Assembly (NCBI GenBank): GCA_938028835.1
Contig: CALIMJ010000006.1
Location: forward strand, 145,710-209,709
Direction: 5' to 3'
Origin: an uncultured bacterium
Lineage (GTDB): Bacteria; Sysuimicrobiota; Sysuimicrobiia; Sysuimicrobiales; Sysuimicrobiaceae
DNA: 64,000 bases
In this document: piece after piece, positions 62,189 through 64,000 of the stretch
Layout: each line of letters opens with the position of its first letter
Numbering within the stretch: position 1 is the first letter of the stretch
Notes under the pieces: generated by a model
What the model was told of the DNA's origin: nothing
The model's database searches: none
What the model saw: the letters and a program-made list of their open reading frames with translations, nothing else
Position numbers and translations under genes: made by a program

Positions 62189-62248
62189 GTTTCGCCTACC
62201 GCCACGCGCGGGCCCGCGCGTTCAAGCGCTGGAGGCATGCGGTGCTCC

Positions 62249-62602
62249 TCACGGCCCGCCCTCCACCAGCTCCAGCAGGTCCGACAGCCGGAACCGCCGG
62301 TGCCCGCCTGCGGTTCGGGTGCACCGGAGCTTTCCCTGGTCCGTGTAACGGCGGAGCGTGGCTTTGCTGACGTTGAGGATCAGCGACGCCTCGTGCAGGG
62401 TGAGCTCGGGGTCCAGCAGACGCCGGATGAGCTCCTCCCGGCTCTCCGAAAAGGGGCGCCGGCCGCCCCGGGGTGGCCGGGGAGGAGGCACGTCCATGGG
62501 CAACGCCTCCTGTCGGGCCAGCCTCGCCAGCTTGGCCCGCGCGTCCGTCCGACCCTGCCGCCCGACCCTGGCCGGTCCGTCGCCTGCTGACCGTCCGTCC
62601 AT
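62249..62602 (-). CDS. Excisionase-family / MerR-like HTH DNA-binding protein
   Basis: The C-terminus 'LTLHEASLILNVSKATLRRYTDQGKLRCTRTAGGHRRFRLSDLLELV' matches the HTH_17 excisionase-type DNA-binding domain pattern. The N-terminal extent is uncertain. Confidence 0.6.
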   Translation of the reverse strand: MDGRSAGDGPARVGRQGRTDARAKLARLARQEALPMDVPPPRPPRGGRRPFSESREELIRRLLDPELTLHEASLILNVSKATLRRYTDQGKLRCTRTAGGHRRFRLSDLLELVEGGP

Positions 62603-62889
62603 AGCTCCCTCGAAAGACTTGACGGCTTTACTGCCAAAAGCCTGCGTGGAGTTTTCGCACCCGCCGCACGGGACTCCTGCGCGTGGGGCACGGACTCCGT
62701 GATGCCGGCCGCGGTGGACGGGTCCGCGCTCGCTGGGCCTACGATGGCGCCGAGATGGAGTAAACGGGCCTGCGGAGGAGGTCGTGGCCGACCTGAGGCA
62801 GCCCGTTTCCATGCGGACGTGGAGGTGGTCTGCCGCCGGCCGGACCGAAGCCTCCTCCGAAACCTCCCCCGACACCGTCCTCGCCACGG

Positions 62890-63498
62890 CCCGCCATCCG
62901 AAGCCACCTGCGCCCGTGGATGGAAGGCTGGCCGGAGGAGCTGCAGTACGAGGCCCTCACGAAACAGGGCACCCCGGTACCGCTGCTGGAAGCCCGGATG
63001 GTGTCGGAAGTCGGGGGAGTCCCCCGGACGGCCGGACGCCCGGGGAGCTGCAGGTCCGCGGCCCCTGGGTGGCGGCGAGCTACCACCGGGGAGAGACTCC
63101 CGACAGTTGGACCCCCGACGGCTGGTTCCGGACCGGGGACGTGGCGGTGGTGGATTCCGGGGGCCAGATCCGGATCCTAGACCGCACCAAGGACCTCATT
63201 AAGTCCGGGGGCGAGTGGATCAGCTCGTGGCCCTGGAGAACGCCCCCAAAGTCCAGGAGGCCGCGGTGGTGGCGGTTCCTCACCCCAAGTGGATGGAGCG
63301 GCCGCTCGCGGTGGGGGTCCGCGGCCCGGGCAGGCGCCTACGCCGGAGGAGTCGCGGGCTGTTCTGGGCCAGCGGTTGCCCAATTGGTGGCTGCCCGACG
63401 CCTTCGTGTTCGTCGCCGAGATCCCCAAGACCAGCACGGGCAAGCTGGCCAAAGCGGTGCTCCGGGAGCGGTACCGCACCTGGAGCTGGAGCTGAGCC
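62890..63498 (+). pseudogene. Acyl-CoA synthetase (AMP-binding) C-terminal remnant, N-terminally truncated and multiply frameshifted
   Basis: Fragments from three frames assemble into '[19 protein letters not shown]...[62 protein letters not shown] / [33 protein letters not shown] / [48 protein letters not shown]'. There are at least three frame breaks. The roughly 350-aa adenylation N-domain is missing; the HTH and GT genes occupy its place. Confidence 0.7.
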
Positions 63499-63570
63499 GT
63501 CCGGACGGACGGCGCCCGCCGCGGGTCCGCGGGTGGCGGGGGCCTGCCGCCCGCGGTACCATCGTCGTGC

Positions 63571-64000
63571 CATGCGCCGCGTGTACCTGGACCACAGCGC
63601 CACCAGCCCCGCCCTGCCGGAGGTGGTGGAGGCGGTGAGGGAGGTGCTGGAGCACGTCCACGGGAACCCGGCCTCCCTGCACGGCATGGGGCTCGAGGCG
63701 GAGCGGGTCCTGGAGCGCGGCCGGCAGGTGCTGGCGGCTTCCCTCGGCGCCGACCCCTCGGAGGTGGTGTTCACCTCGGGGGGCACGGAGGCCAACAACC
63801 TGGCGGTGTTCGGGACCGCCTGGGCCCGGCACAAGCCCCACGTGGTGGTCTCCGCCTTCGAGCACTCCTCGATCCTGGAGCCCGCCCGGCGCCTCAGGGA
63901 GATGGGGGTGGAAGTGGACTTCGCTCCGGTGGACCCCGAAGGGTTCGTGCGCACCGACGCCCTCGCGGACCTCCTGCGGCCCCACACCGCGCTGGTAAGC
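63571..64000 (+). CDS. Cysteine desulfurase (class V aminotransferase; IscS/NifS-like), 5' part only
   Basis: '[22 protein letters not shown]...NPASLHGMG...[10 protein letters not shown]'. The ORF runs off the window end. Confidence 0.85.

Noticed and set aside
56057-64000. A complete dnd (DNA phosphorothioation) cluster
   Set aside because: No DndC (PAPS-reductase-like, about 500 aa), no DndE, and no DndD-sized ATPase are present between the DGQHR gene and the cysteine desulfurase. The intervening genes are smc, a glycosyltransferase, an HTH protein and a ligase remnant.

Overview
This is a 64 kb chromosomal window with very high GC content (about 70%). The gene order matches the Firmicutes/Clostridia core layout (radA, yacL-like PIN/TRAM, ispD, ispF, cysS, cspA, yggT, speH, floT, glnA, smc), so it is probably a high-GC thermophilic Firmicute of the Thermaerobacter or Symbiobacterium type. 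That attribution is inference from gene content only. Coding density is high on both strands. Because of the GC content, nearly every real gene is shadowed by long stop-free ORFs in other frames, and those are treated as artefacts. Gene starts are approximate (to within about 30 nt); many are GTG and several overlap the upstream stop by 4 nt (GTGA or ATGA).

Gene content, 5' to 3':
- cysS, ispF, ispD, a YacL-like PIN/TRAM protein and radA.
- A P-type cation ATPase divergent from a tandem universal stress protein (USP).
- An MBL hydrolase, cspA with its terminator, yggT, an AEC permease, speH, an NHL-repeat lipoprotein, a small multidrug export protein, a tandem-hotdog thioesterase, nadE and an M20 dipeptidase.
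- A translationally coupled block: M42 aminopeptidase, membrane hypothetical, ornithine cyclodeaminase, Cys-rich Rossmann hypothetical, then pepA.
- ppa, an MBL hydrolase, a cyclase-family gene with an apparent frameshift, an adenosylhomocysteinase-like protein and an FAD oxidoreductase.
- amt, whose leader carries its own intrinsic terminator, then a novel membrane protein, flotillin and glnA.
- ADP-forming acetyl-CoA synthetase alpha and beta subunits, a thiolase and an ABM-fold protein.
- An organic-acid utilisation cluster: an orphan SdhA-like flavoprotein, tctA (extended), tctC, prpF, gntR, an Ldh_2-family dehydrogenase and a tartrate/isopropylmalate dehydrogenase-like enzyme.
- msrA, a frameshifted SAM-methyltransferase, an M48 peptidase, a zinc alcohol dehydrogenase and a 5'-nucleotidase.

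The most unusual region is 53.8-63.5 kb. An XPF/ERCC4-HhH nuclease gene broken by two frameshifts sits divergent from a beta-CASP metallo-beta-lactamase nuclease. Next come a standalone DGQHR (DndB-like, ParB-fold) protein, a canonical smc out of its usual rnc-smc-ftsY context, a GT4 glycosyltransferase, an excisionase-family HTH protein, a multiply frameshifted and N-terminally truncated acyl-CoA synthetase remnant, and a partial cysteine desulfurase. No CRISPR array, rRNA, tRNA or transposase was recognised.
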